NCBI GenBank assembly: GCA_030141605.1
Contig: JAQGDQ010000038.1
Span: forward strand, 186,001-250,000
Reading direction: 5' to 3'
Source: Tubiluchus corallicola
Taxonomy: Eukaryota > Animalia > Priapulida
Length of the DNA stretch: 64,000 nt
Below are positions 14,501 to 27,124 of this stretch, piece after piece. How positions within the stretch are numbered: the stretch's first letter is position 1; each line of letters begins with the position of its first letter. Below the pieces are notes generated by a model that did not search any database, was not told where the DNA came from, and worked only from the letters and a program-made list of their open reading frames with translations. A program made the translations under genes and the position numbers.

Positions 14501-15130
14501 TAAACCATGTAGTATTAGTAGTAGTAAAATCTTTGTTTGCCATTAGAAGTAAAAAACATTTACCATCATAATAAAAGACAGACAATCAGTGTTAGTTCAT
14601 ATAAAAACATACACTGTTCTCGGCAAATGCGTCTGGTGCAAGCTAAACTATATGTGCAACTAGAAATTCAAAAATAAAATATAAACTAGTTTAGTAAGGT
14701 CTAGGAAAAATGAAATTATGATTTGAGTAAGTATCATTGTGTTCATATGTCGGATATTCAAAACGAGTCATTAAATGTTTTTTTAATTTAACACCGTTAG
14801 GCAGTTTGCATTTGTTTATTTAAGAGTTTGGGCAAATTCCAGACATTTGAACTAATGAAAAACCAAACCACCTGGTTGATGATTGTTAGTATGAAAAAGC
14901 GGAAATGTCCGGGGAGAACGAGACGTATGGTAAGCCTAAATTTACCAAAATGTCAGGAGTAAACTAAGACACGTCTGATGTCTTTGACAGCCATTATAAT
15001 AATATAATTATTATGACAATAGCATTTAATAAGTAAAAACCTCTTGCATCAATAGTAATGGTATTATTATCATTTACGTTTTAGGTTGGCTACTCAAAGG
15101 ATTTATTGCTCAGTAACTGTGCCACAGTAA

Positions 15131-18100
15131 ATGTATGCAAGGAAGTTCTCTTTTATTTTGCCATGCAAGTTAAAGGGTCTTACTGGTGCATCGTGTTTGA
15201 TTAGGTAAAAATACTAAACTTTCTAGAGTTACGTATAGCATTGTATTACATTTTTGTCATTTGTTATACACTGTAGCATAATTACTGTTTATTCGTTTAG
15301 AGTTATTTGTCTAGAAGGTGTACTCCAAAGGCATGTTAATTCCTTGTGTCACTTCTATGAATTGTATTTATATACAACTAAACCATTTTAAGTACATTAT
15401 GTGACATTATGTACTTACTTCGTATGATATTGTATGAAAAAGACCATTTGTAATAAATTTTCATTTGAACCAATTCATTTATAGGGCTGGTCATCATAAA
15501 TGAAAAAGTCAATTTTGAATTCTCGAAACAAAACATTTTATTTTCACTGAGTGCAAGTCTTGATAGTGCTGAGTCGAGAAGTTTGTTGGAATAAACTACC
15601 CCAACTATTGATACTGGTACTTCAGTGCTGAGATCTTCAGCTTCTGACTTTATGACTGCTTCTCGATGCAAATTATTTGTAAACATTACTAAAAAAATTT
15701 TCTTGTAACCTTAGTTTTTCCAACAAACAAAACTCTATAAACTGATACAAATTTATTTTGTAATTTTCACTTTCTCTTCAAAAAGTGCCACTTACCTCCT
15801 ATAACAGGGAGGACATCGAGTTGAGTAATCTGATGCTACTCATATGACAGATACAAAATTAATATTTTCAGCTTCTCAAAAGGACTGTTTTTTGGACGTC
15901 ACAGTGCATCAACAAAAGGGGATGGTGGTAGCCATACTGTTGAGGGTATTGCTAAACAAATTCAGGATGGAAAAAGAAAAAATATCATAGTGATGGCTGG
16001 AGCTGGTATCAGTACCCCAAGTGGTATTCCTGATTTTCGGTATGCGAAAGAATAGTATTTTTCTTCCATTTTATTTCGTTTTGCCTTACTGTGTTAAAAA
16101 AGAATGCAGCCACTGATAAAGACATTTGTATCCATAGTTAGCTATTAAGTGCATTGCACTTATTAACCGAGCCTTATTACACTTATAATTAAGACACTGC
16201 ATTATCTCATGCACGCGATTGCTTTCTCCTACATAAAATGTTTGCTTCCTTCGTATACTTGCTGTTCACTTAGCCTTTCTAACATAATGTTTAGGTAGCC
16301 GTGCATAATCTACCTATTGTAATAAAATATTCTGTAGCCAGTGTAAAGACACAGAATTTATATTTTATAAATGAAATGGGTGATTTTAATTGATGTAAAA
16401 AGCCAACATGTGACTCATTAAATTAATTCAGTTTTAAATTATTTTTATATTCACACTGAATCTCAATGTCAAAAGATGTAATTGCAACACTTATATCTTT
16501 ACAAGAACTGTGGTGAAATACTTCATGGAGATCTTAAATTGTTTTACTTTTTCCAGCTACTTTTGAGGGCTGTAACTATGAGTACCTCAAAAGTTAACTG
16601 ACTCTATTTTTGTCATGTGCTGTATGACAAATCTTTGAGAAACAGAAATCTTGAAAACTTAAAAATTTGTACCGAAACAAGCTTGGTCTTTTTGGTTACA
16701 ATAATCTAGTTGCTAAAATATAAATTAAAAAGATATATTAGATTAGATACAGACTGAACTGCCGTAATTGATAATTATGGTTGTTCAGAATTGAATGTTT
16801 AATAGTGATCGATTACATAGATCTTAAAAAAATACATAATGGCCTGTCCCATAAGACATGTTTCTTCTGGATTTTAGTTAAATAAGCATGTACAATTTTT
16901 ACATTTTGTTGTAGTCATTTTTAATCATGTCAAAAAATAGTTATGAATTTGTTTGTACAGTCAGTGCCACTCGATTATAACATTTTACCTAGTACTTTTT
17001 AATATTTTGTATATATACCTGTTTAGTCAACTCAGCCATTTGTATTAGTAACCATTTATATTACTTTGCTGTTTCCACGCACTGCAGTTGGTTTTGTTAC
17101 CTGCTGTATATTGACAATTGACTCCTATTGTATAACTTTATAATATTATGTATCTACATCTACAGCATTTGTGTCTAGGTCACCAGGAACGGGCTTGTAT
17201 GACAATATTCAAAAGTACCATATAAGGAACCCTACAGATATATTTGACATTTTTTTCTTCCGGGAAAACCCTCAGCCATTTTTTACAATAGCAAAGGTGC
17301 GTTGCCTTGGAAACAGTAAGTGTCTTTGTATGTAATACAGGTAAAACTTGTGTTATTGTGTTGTAATGTTAATTTCTGAACTGTACAATTTCCTTAATTT
17401 GTGAGTCTTCCATTTGTTAGGTGATGAATTATTGGTTATTAATTTTTGTATAATTACTGGAAATACTTTTTGTAGGAATTATGGCCTGGTAATTACAGAC
17501 CGAATGCTTTGCATTACTTTGTTCGTCTTCTGCATGATAAGGGGATACTGCTAAGAATGTATACACAAAATATTGATGGATTGGAACGACGTACGTAACT
17601 GTTAATTTTTTTGTTGCCTGGCAAACACTGCAAAAATGTTGACGAAGTACATCAGCGTTGTGGTTTGATTGCCAGCCCTAAGTAATCAATAAGTCAATAA
17701 GACTATCCAAAATTTTGCAATATATTTTCTGTGATAATATTTTGTTGCCAGATGCATACATTTGTTTTTGTTTACGTTTTTTTCTTGAAGTTTTACCTTT
17801 CGTAATAGAAAGTATATTGAAATGTAATACGTAATCCTTTCTGTTTTCTTGTGCAGTTGCTGGTCTACCTCCAAAAAAACTAGTCGAAGCTCATGGCACT
17901 TTTACATCCGCAACTTGTACTGTGTGTAGGACAAAATATACGGGTAAAGAGATAGAGGTATGCTGTGGTTTATTTATTTAAACAGTGAAAGCATCAGAAA
18001 TGTACTTGAGTTTTACCTAATGACATGAATAAATTAGATGATAATAATAGGTATAACTTCTTTTCAGAAAGAAATTTTCGATTCCGCAATTCCAATGTGT

Positions 18101-21100
18101 CGTGTGCATGGATGTGATGTAAGTACTGTTCAACTAGTTTATGACTTCTACTTTTCACATATTCTTCGATTCTCAAAAATTTTCTGCTGTACTGCTGGCA
18201 ATTACTAGCGTAAAGTTGTTATTTTAGTTAATTCTTTATAATTTTTTTTCAAGATTATAGTTAGTGATGGAATAAACAAACAACTTTTCTAAATCACATC
18301 TGTTTGAAAAAGGGAAATCGAATAGTTGGCTGTGCCTGAATTTAAACCAGGACCTTTGGACAACTCGTTTAACACATAACTTCTGGACAACACAGCCCCT
18401 TGATCTTAATTCAATCTTTAGTAGCTTTCTAACTAACTTTTCATTTCCAAGTTATTATTAATAACTATACTGTATCACATAGTAAACTAATACTTGAAAA
18501 TGTTGGATTGGTTGGCTGGATTAAATTAAGACTGGCCTTAGGAGGCAGTGTTATCTAGTGGCTCTAGGATTGTACTTGTAATCTAAATGTCCCTATTTAA
18601 ATTAAGGCTTTGTCCTGATCTTCTATTTTTGCTTCAAATTTTGTTTCTTGGTTTCATTCCATTATATTGTTTTATTTTAACCATTAAGTTTTAATATTGA
18701 AATGTACCCATGCTTAAACATAAATTTTATTATTTTTACTATTATTATTATAGGGTATTATCAAACCAAATATAGTGTTTTTTGGAGAGCAGCTGCCAGA
18801 CACATTCTACATGTACTTGGCGGATTTTCCCCAAGCAGATTTGCTTATAGTAATGGGAACTTCACTTGAGGTATTATATCGTAAGTTGCAATTTGTGCAG
18901 GGTGCAAATTTAGCATTTTTTCAACCAGAAAGGGGGATGGGCAACTAAGAAATCTGCCTGTCCCGACAACATTTTTTCACTGTTTAGAGAATCCTATACA
19001 ATATTAATTTTGTACAACGATTTGCAACATTACATAGCATATTTCTCTTTATGCACTTTTTTTTTTGTCCAACCTGCACTCAACAGCAAATTCCTCATTC
19101 AAGTCATTTTCATAAAAACTCCAAACACTGTTTTTATTTTTCGGCTGTTGTGCTGTCAGTACATGTGGGTGCAGCACTGGTTGACAAGTAATTGTATCCA
19201 ACGGCATCATGAGAAGTGACTACAACAGAGCTTAATCAATCTTCGTCTTACCTTTGTATAAAAAATATGGAAATATTAACTGCACACAGTTTAGTCAAAT
19301 ATATTTCTATTGCATCTGATTTCTTTCTTATTTTTGCCTTTTTAAAACAATTTGTTTGGTGCAAAAGTAACCACAGCAGTTCAAATCTAGCCTGCACCAG
19401 CGAGATTGTCATTATTAACGAGCGACATCCTCGTAGTAACAAGCGAGTGAAAACTTTTTGTTGTTTTGTGTTTGGATGTTTTTTTAGACAACCAGACTAA
19501 TTGAAACTAACACCGTACACATGCAGTTTTACTTTTGTGTAAGCGGGGTGTCACTAACTGCTAGTTTGCCTCGGAAAAGATGAAAGGTTTCATTAATATG
19601 TAGTGAACATGGCAAGCTTTGTTTACTGGGACTGGTGTACAAATGATGTCTACCTGTTTCAGGCAGATTTACCGGAATTTCCGGGAGGAGCAGGGTTAAA
19701 TTTGCACCCTATCACAAACAGACAACTTGTGTATACTCAAAGCCATTCAGTGAGTCGGCTATGACCCTGATCAGCAAAAATGCATTCCGCTGCTTTTTGT
19801 TTAATACTAGATAAACTTATTTATGTAATTTGCTAACAGGTAGAGCCTTTCGCCAGCATAGCTGAATCAGTAACCCGAGGAACACCGAGACTCTTATTAA
19901 ATCAGCACGTTGTGGGGACATTTAGATTTGAAATGGCAAATGATGTAGTGATGGAAGGTAATATACTAACAAATGAAAAGCGTTCATTGATAGTTATATA
20001 GTAAGTCATCGTTTAACGACTCCCCGTTTAGCGACGTTTCGTTTTAACGACGCTGAACATTTGACACTTTTTCACTTAACGACGCACCATTTCATTTTGG
20101 CGACAATTTCTTTGCTTTGCTCAAAGCCAATTTTCATTTTATCAATAACTTTTACTTAATTTAATGACTGAAAACAGTACATATTGTGTTTTTCTGTTCT
20201 GGCCTTGGCTTTGACTATGCTGCATTGTTTATTGTTTAACCGCTGCCTAGACTTGAACGTCAATTAAGAGAAACTGTTAGCTAGGTAAGTGATTTATAGG
20301 TGGTTACAAGCAAGCAGAAAGAAAATATTTATTAGAAACCTGAGTAAAACTCATAAAATGTTTAATTTATATGATTTAAGCAGCATTGATTTTTGCCTCT
20401 GAAACGTATCCCAATTCTTTTACATTACTTTCTGTGGAAGTCTTAGCTTCGTTTGACAGTGTTTCACTTAACGTTGCGTTTTGCTGGAACGCACTAGCGT
20501 CGTTAAGCGAGGACTTACTATATGCTAATTATGCTACTATTTTACACTTTTTCCGAGTTTAAAAGATCTCGGAATTTAGAATCATTTTTGAATTTAGATA
20601 AACGTGTTTTTGATGCGAGATTCCTTATCAGGTGATTTACTTTTGCATAGTGTGGGGTGCATAGTGATCAAACCCGAGGTGTTATAATTTGGCAAGTGTT
20701 GAAACATGCGCAATGCGCAACACTTCACTAAAGGAATGCCAGTACTATCAAAATTTTCGTACATTAATTTTATTGTGAATGATTTTGACTTACACACTAT
20801 TGTACTATTGTAACATACAATATTTCAATAAAATGAACCAACCTCACTGCCTCAAAAGTAAAAACCTGGATCGAGTTAAGACATACTAAAGAAAAACTAA
20901 ACACAAACTAATTTCAGTGCTTATTAGAGTACTTTAAATAGCATTAATATTAATAATAGTAATTTGTCGCTCCCTTAACTAAGTGGTGCATCACAGTGTA
21001 CGTTAAACATGCATAATAAGATGACACTAATTTTCAAACTTTGAAAGTACAATGGTATGAGTTTACACTTTTATGCAGAGTTATTGTCTTCTGTTCTGCA

Positions 21101-21208
21101 GGAGACCTGCTGACACAATTGGATAGACTTGTATCTCTTACCGGATGGAAAGAGGAATTGCAGCAACTGATGGAGAAATGTGAAAGCAGTTTTGCTGATG
21201 AACCCTAG
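15131..21208 (+). CDS. SIRT3: NAD-dependent deacetylase, class I sirtuin (SIRT3-like), 9 coding exons
   Basis: Exons: 15131-15204, 15872-16039, 17179-17296, 17476-17590, 17857-17957, 18068-18118, 18754-18870, 19840-19957, 21102-21208 (TAG). Motifs: [40 protein letters not shown], zinc Cys pairs CTVC and [27 protein letters not shown]. The basic, acid-free N-terminus [16 protein letters not shown] looks like a mitochondrial presequence; the first exon is less certain. Confidence 0.92.
18898..19711. mobile_element. Non-autonomous DNA transposon with hAT-like ends in SIRT3 intron 7
   Basis: Left CAGGGTGCAAATTTA; right end reverse-complements to TAGGGTGCAAATTTA (14/15). No clear 8-bp TSD. Confidence 0.65.
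19999..20520. mobile_element. pogo/Tigger-type MITE in SIRT3 intron 8 (shorter copy of the family at 53301)
   Basis: TA|TAGTAAGTCATCGTTTAACGAC...GTCGTTAAGCGAGGACTTACTA|TA, about 22-bp TIR; the interior aligns by eye with 53301-54012. Confidence 0.88.
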
Positions 21209-21345
21209 TCACAGTATGAAATAACAGAACATTGCTCTCAACTCTTAATTGGAAGTCATGAAAAAATAACTAGGAATGTAGTCAATGATAATTATATATC
21301 TTAATATGCATGATAAATATATTGTATTTTTGTGTCTATAACATG

Positions 21346-21855
21346 CAGTGGCGGCTCGTGTATAGGTACTGTGGTTCTGTTTTCACTCATTATTATCGAT
21401 AATATTCACTCTAATAATCTTTTTTCTTTGGTTCTTTCTTTATACTTGTGTGGAACTTGAGCAAGTGAGGGAAATACAATTTGCTTCACAGCCCAAGCAA
21501 CGTGGTATTTGCCTGTTGTGAGCACGCGGCTATGCGCACATATCGGAGATAAGACGCTGTACTCTAGGTAGAAGAGTACTGTCACCACTGCAGTACATGT
21601 TGTTAGTTGTCATGTGCTTAAAAGCCATGTATCGACATGTTCTTGAACTGCGACAATTTAGGCTATTCCTAAGAAAACAATATTTTTTGTTTAGGGGTTT
21701 ATCTAGGTTATATTTAAATTAGTTTGTTTGTTTAAAATTACAATTACAACATTATAATTACATATGTTTGTTTTGTTTTACACAGTATTAAAACAATGGC
21801 TAAAGTATTTTTAATTTTGCAGCACCCCACTAATTTTAGCTATGAGCCACCACTG
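21346..21855. mobile_element. hAT-like MITE just downstream of the SIRT3 stop
   Basis: CAGTGGCGGCTCGT...ATGAGCCACCACTG (12/14 inverted match); flanks ataacatg/attttatg match at 5 of 8. Confidence 0.65.
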
Positions 21856-22756
21856 ATTTTATGTCATTAAAATATTAGTTTTACTTTATGGGTATATATT
21901 GTTTAGTAAATGCCTTGCAGATCAAAAAAAGAAAATGTATGTTGACAAATATACAAATTTTTTATTTATGAAGCCTAGTTGTACAACCAGATCTTTCTAG
22001 AAAAAGATTCATTGCTTCCTTTTAGTTGTCACAGAGATCAAGATGATTTTACGTAAAACTAATTAATTTCTGTAAATGGTAAAACTGCTCTTTATTTATA
22101 CTTTAGATGGAAAAGAAATTGATGTTGTTAAACTTAAAACTTGTATTCTAAAGGCAGTAGGGAATATGACACTTTTATGAAAAACTGAAATATGACATTT
22201 CTAACATAAAGTATGTTTAATACTGTCATCACAAATGATTGATTTCTTAACATTAAAACTGTGTGCAAAGGCATTTGTTACAGAAGTAATTTTTTAAGGA
22301 TTGTTTTAATAAATTATGCTAATAATTCTAGTTTTTTAGTATTGTAAGGAAACGTAATCATTCATTAACAGTGCCTAAATTCACAATGCCACACAGAGAC
22401 CAGTTATTTGTACATTTTTTACTAATATATTTCATGAAGTTTAGCTATGCATGTTCTTTAAGTACAGGAATTTAAAAATGTTATCTTTCTTAAAATAAAA
22501 TGGTATAAAAGTAAGTTTTGATTGTGGAATTTTTCAGAACATATGCGAGTTAGATACTTTATGGAGCAATTGGCATTTCATTTCGAAGTTGTCATAAGAA
22601 CATGATGTACATCATCTGTATATCAAACTGAATAATTATTAAACAAAAACTATGACATCATATCCCCAAACTAATTGGGTGAATCAAAATGATCATAAGC
22701 TTTTAAAATCTCTTGTGCATCTGGCCATGGTTCTCTTGGCTAACAACTTGCTCTAG

Positions 22757-24289
22757 TCATTTTGGTGCCATGTCATGAAATTCAACTGGAATGTCTGATC
22801 CAGGTGTCAACAATGCTTTTAACTTTGGCACAAGTTCGCCGTTTCCGTGTAACCGTAAACTGAATTTCTGAACCAGTCGTGCAATCATTAAGTGAAGTTC
22901 CAGTTCAGCTATCCTACGACCCACGCAGCTTCGAACCCCAAACCCAAATGGTAATGAAGAAAAGGGCTCTATGCTTGGACTGTCCGCACTCCGCAGCCAC
23001 CGTTCTGGTTTGAATGACAAAGGATTCTCAAATATGTTTGCATCTCTTCCCATATAATAAACATCAGCTGCCATAACTGTTCCTTTTGGTATGTGATACC
23101 CTCTAAAAACCACATCGGTGAGAGCAACTCTAGGAACATGCACGACATTTGGGTACAAACGTAGAGTCTCCTTGACGACGGCCTTTAGATAAGACAGTTT
23201 GGATAGGTGACTTACACTTGGTAAAGAACCTTTAGTTACTTCTCGAACACTGTTTCGAAGTTTCTCTTGAACTTGTTCATTAGCAGCAAGGCTATGTATT
23301 GCAAAACACAGTGTGTTAGATGTGGTATCTACCCCTGCCAACAGCAGTTCTGTTACATTAGAGTAAACTTCACGTTGAGTTAACTTTGGATTTTTTATCA
23401 GATGTGCCAAAAATGATTTCTGGGTCTGATCAGGAGCATCAACGATTTGTTTCACTTTCTCGTCAATGTGAGTGCGGGCATAGTTAAAAATTGTATCCCA
23501 GTGTAAACAGTATTTCTTCCAGATGGGAGTGTTCCATTTACGCTGCAGTTCAGGCATAATAAAGGCAAAAGCATTCATCGTAAACATTTTGTTAATGGTA
23601 GTTATAAATTCCTGGGATATTTCGGGAATTGGCTCTTGCAAACATCCCATTCGTTTTTCAAACAAAATGGTTCCCACGGATTCCATTGACCATTTATACG
23701 CTTCATTTGGAAATAACTTGACATACCCATTTGTTTGTCTGATGAGTCGTATTCGATTCACCATGTCTGTTATCACTTCATTGAGTTGAACGTCAAAGTT
23801 TTGTATAATCTGAGGTCGTAGAATTTGCTTGCTCATTGCTGTTCGCATACGATGCCAATCACTTCCTTCAGCTGTCAAAATTCCATCTGCTTCGCCTCTG
23901 TCTTCTCTATACAGCAGCCACGGCGTCATGTGAGCTCTCTTTGGAAACTGACCTGCATTGCGAAATATGTGCCGCACCATCTCCAAGTCGCAAGTTATAA
24001 CTACTCTGTGTGTCCCTGGAATATCACTTCGAAACGTCTTGCCGAATTTATCATAATCTCTTTTTGTCAGCAAGTGCATTTTCTGGTAATTCAGCATTTT
24101 ATAAATGAAGCGTAAAGTACTGCTTAATCCACTAGAACCTGGGATATCTTCATAATTCTTGATAGTGTCGGTTTCGCTAATGTCTCTAGTTAGGGTTGTC
24201 ATTGTCAGCACTTGTTGCTTTTTGCTGGAGACAGGTTTTAAAACCAAATTAGCAAAAGGTCTGCCCTTTACTGTCCTCGTTAAATGCAT
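22757..24289 (-). CDS. Cytochrome P450, mitochondrial clan, CYP27-like, single coding exon (copy A, 510 aa)
   Basis: WxxxR (WHRMR), I-helix ELLLAGVDTTSNTL, ExxR (KETLRLYP), PERW, heme motif FGFGVRSCVG, basic N-terminal transit-like peptide. A tttcag acceptor lies 17 nt upstream of the ATG. Confidence 0.95.
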   Translation of the reverse strand: MHLTRTVKGRPFANLVLKPVSSKKQQVLTMTTLTRDISETDTIKNYEDIPGSSGLSSTLRFIYKMLNYQKMHLLTKRDYDKFGKTFRSDIPGTHRVVITCDLEMVRHIFRNAGQFPKRAHMTPWLLYREDRGEADGILTAEGSDWHRMRTAMSKQILRPQIIQNFDVQLNEVITDMVNRIRLIRQTNGYVKLFPNEAYKWSMESVGTILFEKRMGCLQEPIPEISQEFITTINKMFTMNAFAFIMPELQRKWNTPIWKKYCLHWDTIFNYARTHIDEKVKQIVDAPDQTQKSFLAHLIKNPKLTQREVYSNVTELLLAGVDTTSNTLCFAIHSLAANEQVQEKLRNSVREVTKGSLPSVSHLSKLSYLKAVVKETLRLYPNVVHVPRVALTDVVFRGYHIPKGTVMAADVYYMGRDANIFENPLSFKPERWLRSADSPSIEPFSSLPFGFGVRSCVGRRIAELELHLMIARLVQKFSLRLHGNGELVPKLKALLTPGSDIPVEFHDMAPK

Positions 24290-24409
24290 CTTGTTTAGTT
24301 ATTTTACTGAAACACACACTTTTAGTTACAGTTGTGACAGTATGATCAGGTGTCATAACGTCTGCACCACATTAATCATCGGCAAACCAGGAACGATGCC
24401 ATAACCGCT

Positions 24410-25095
24410 AGACCACTAGCAATTTTGGGGGTACCTGCTTCAGATACAGGTTTGGTCCCAACTTTTTCACACTTTCTCCGTTTCAGACAAGTTTGGCTTC
24501 AAAATTAAATAAGTATGTGTCTGTTTCACCATTAATAAATAATCTTGAAATTAAGATTATAAATAATTAATTGTCCATGAATCCTTTCACACTCTAAATT
24601 CTTACAAAAAACCTACATATTGGTTAGTTATTACTTTAATGAAAGTCACATACACTTGAAATGGACTGGTTGGTAAGCTTAAGGATTGTTAAGACATGCC
24701 GCAATCACTAGGACTGAGCAGTCTAAGGCTTTGGATTGGTAATCTAGGGGACTGGTCTCTGGTACAAATCCTGGTTAAGTACCAACATTTCACGTTTTTT
24801 CTGACAAGTTTGGCTTCAAAGATCAATAACTGTAGGCTCATTATAGCATTAATAAATAATCTAATTAGTCAGTAATTACTTTAAAATGTAATAGGCAAAT
24901 TAATATTGAGGAAAGCCAAAGGAACAAATTCATTGATAGGACTGCGGTAAAACCTGCCACACAATCTCTGGGGCTCAGTAGTCTACTCTAGTGGTCATAG
25001 CGCCACACTTGTAATACAAATGTCCCTGGTTCATAACCTTTTCGCATTTCCCATTTTTTGGGCAAGTTTGGTTTAAAAATTCGATAACTGTTTGT
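24410..25095 (+). mobile_element. Three tandem degenerate tRNA-derived SINE-like copies upstream of P450 copy A
   Basis: Shared body caagtttgg(c/t)tt(c/t)aaa near 24487, 24804 and 25063. The third copy has an A-box-like TAGTGGTCATAGCG and a B-box-like GGTTCATAACC. Similar heads near 18540 (+) and 18400 (-). Confidence 0.55.
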
Positions 25096-25794
25096 TACAA
25101 TATTGATCATTATCAATGAAGTGCAGAACGTAACTGATAGATACAGCACGGATACGAAGGTATTGCCTTTGATATTTATCATAAACTCTAAGACAATTTT
25201 TATGTAAAGTCAGTGAGCGAGATCATAATAAACAGATGTACTGCTTTACATTTAGTCTTCCACCGTATACTTGTTTGGTAGACGAAACTCAATCACTTGT
25301 TACTTGGTGTTCAAACTCCAACGTCACTTTTCATTTTAGTACATTCAGAAATAATAGTCAAAACAGCCATTCTGAACAAAACTGGTACGACAAGCAGATT
25401 AACTACTACTGTAGCTACGCCGAGACAGACTCTGCGAGGTATTTCCGTGCGTAGCAACACAAATTTCACAACCTTATTGAAAAATGAAAAATATATAAAT
25501 AGCCTAGCACGTTACGTCACAACTCGTATGAGCAGTATCAATAATTCAAGGACAAAAATTTCCCCTTGAAACAGATGTACGAGAAGCTCAAGAACGGGTG
25601 CTAAATGCGAACCTATTCGTTTGCGTTTTGCTGGCTGATATTTTTTCTGCACAGTTTCTTTGTTGTAATTTATACGGCCATTAAGTTATTTGCATTGCAG
25701 TGTAAGTTGTGTAACGTAATTTAAAACCGTTGCTACGATTCCTCGACTTGCTATTGTGTAATCTACATGAATATACCAGTGGGACATGACATTT

Positions 25795-26460
25795 AATAAA
25801 ACAGAATGGAACAAAAATCGCTAGAGCAGTAAAAACACGACGGAAGAGCCGACAAGATAAAAAACACGACATCATAGCAAATAAGAACAGAGCATAATGT
25901 AACAGACATACGTATAGAATGGAATGAACATAACCGAATACTTAACAAAACAAAAAAGAGTGTAACGGAATAGACTGAACAGAAAAGAGTGACCGTAAAC
26001 ACAGTAACGCAAGAAAACAATCTCAGCAAAACAACAGAATATACAACATGCACAGTCAAAGAAAAGAGTGCAACAGAACAGAACTGACCAAGTACGAGTG
26101 GTCTAAAAAGCAGAATAGAGTAATTCCGTAGAACAAAACTGCTGATGAATGCTCTCAGAAGAACAGTTAGAACAGAACATGTTGTATGTGTATATGGGAG
26201 TGGAAGAAAACAAGGTAAAATAATACCTAAACAGAATCAAAACGAAAGTAAAATAGAACAAAAACAGTATAGTTACAGAATGAACGAACAGAATGAAACA
26301 GAACAGCACAAAAGCATAACAAAACAGAGCAGAATGGAGAATCCTGAAACTCGGAGTCGAACTTTGAATATAAATTAAAAGCAAAACGGGATAAAATGCC
26401 GGAATAGAAGGAATGGACTGGAATAAAAATAGAACAAGCTAAAGAAAAATTTATCAGATG
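25795..26460. repeat. Strand-asymmetric purine-rich low-complexity tract, decayed (ACAGA/ATAGA)n-like
   Basis: Recurrent acagaa, atagaa and aacaga words, depleted in T on the plus strand. Similar tracts at about 29890-30020 and 30845-31110. Confidence 0.6.
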
Positions 26461-27124
26461 CAAGATTAGCAAAGCATTGTCAGCTGCTGATCAAAATAAT
26501 AAATCTAACTGGCTCAGAAATAGGTATTGTACAAGAGGCACAGAGTACTACATTTTTTGCTTAACTGACAATCTGCCAAGAAAACTGTTAAATTTCAAAT
26601 CCCCTTCAAATTCAGTCTATAGCTGAAAAGATATTACCAAAAGTTCACTATAGCCAATAATAACTCCAATGTTTTAAAACCTATAAGTAAGATTGTCGGT
26701 TGGTCACTAATTAATATTTAATTTTCAAGCTGGTCTGGAAACACAATGCTACACGCCTACGATATTCATCAGACATAGTTGGCCAGATTTTTGTGTCCTT
26801 ATTAAATGAAAACAAGAATTGCCCTATTAACAGAGAAATGCATCAAAATGTTACAGTAATGCTGTTGGTTAATCATACTCATAATATGCATGTTATTTTA
26901 AGGCAGTATCATTTTATCATTCAGGAACAAATTGACAGAAATGTATTCAGTTGGCATTATTATTTCAGTATAATAATATTAATATTTGCTTAGTTACTAT
27001 AAATGGTATTTTATTTTGTAGGACAAAATGGACAATTATTAAACAAGAAGTTTGGCCAACTGTCCATCATATTCCCAATCAAAATGACCACAGGTTTTTA
27101 AAATTTCTTCACAACTTGCTGTAG

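Noticed and set aside
24970-25045. tRNA gene
   Set aside because: Box-like motifs are present but I could not form a cloverleaf; it is followed by a shared SINE-like body.
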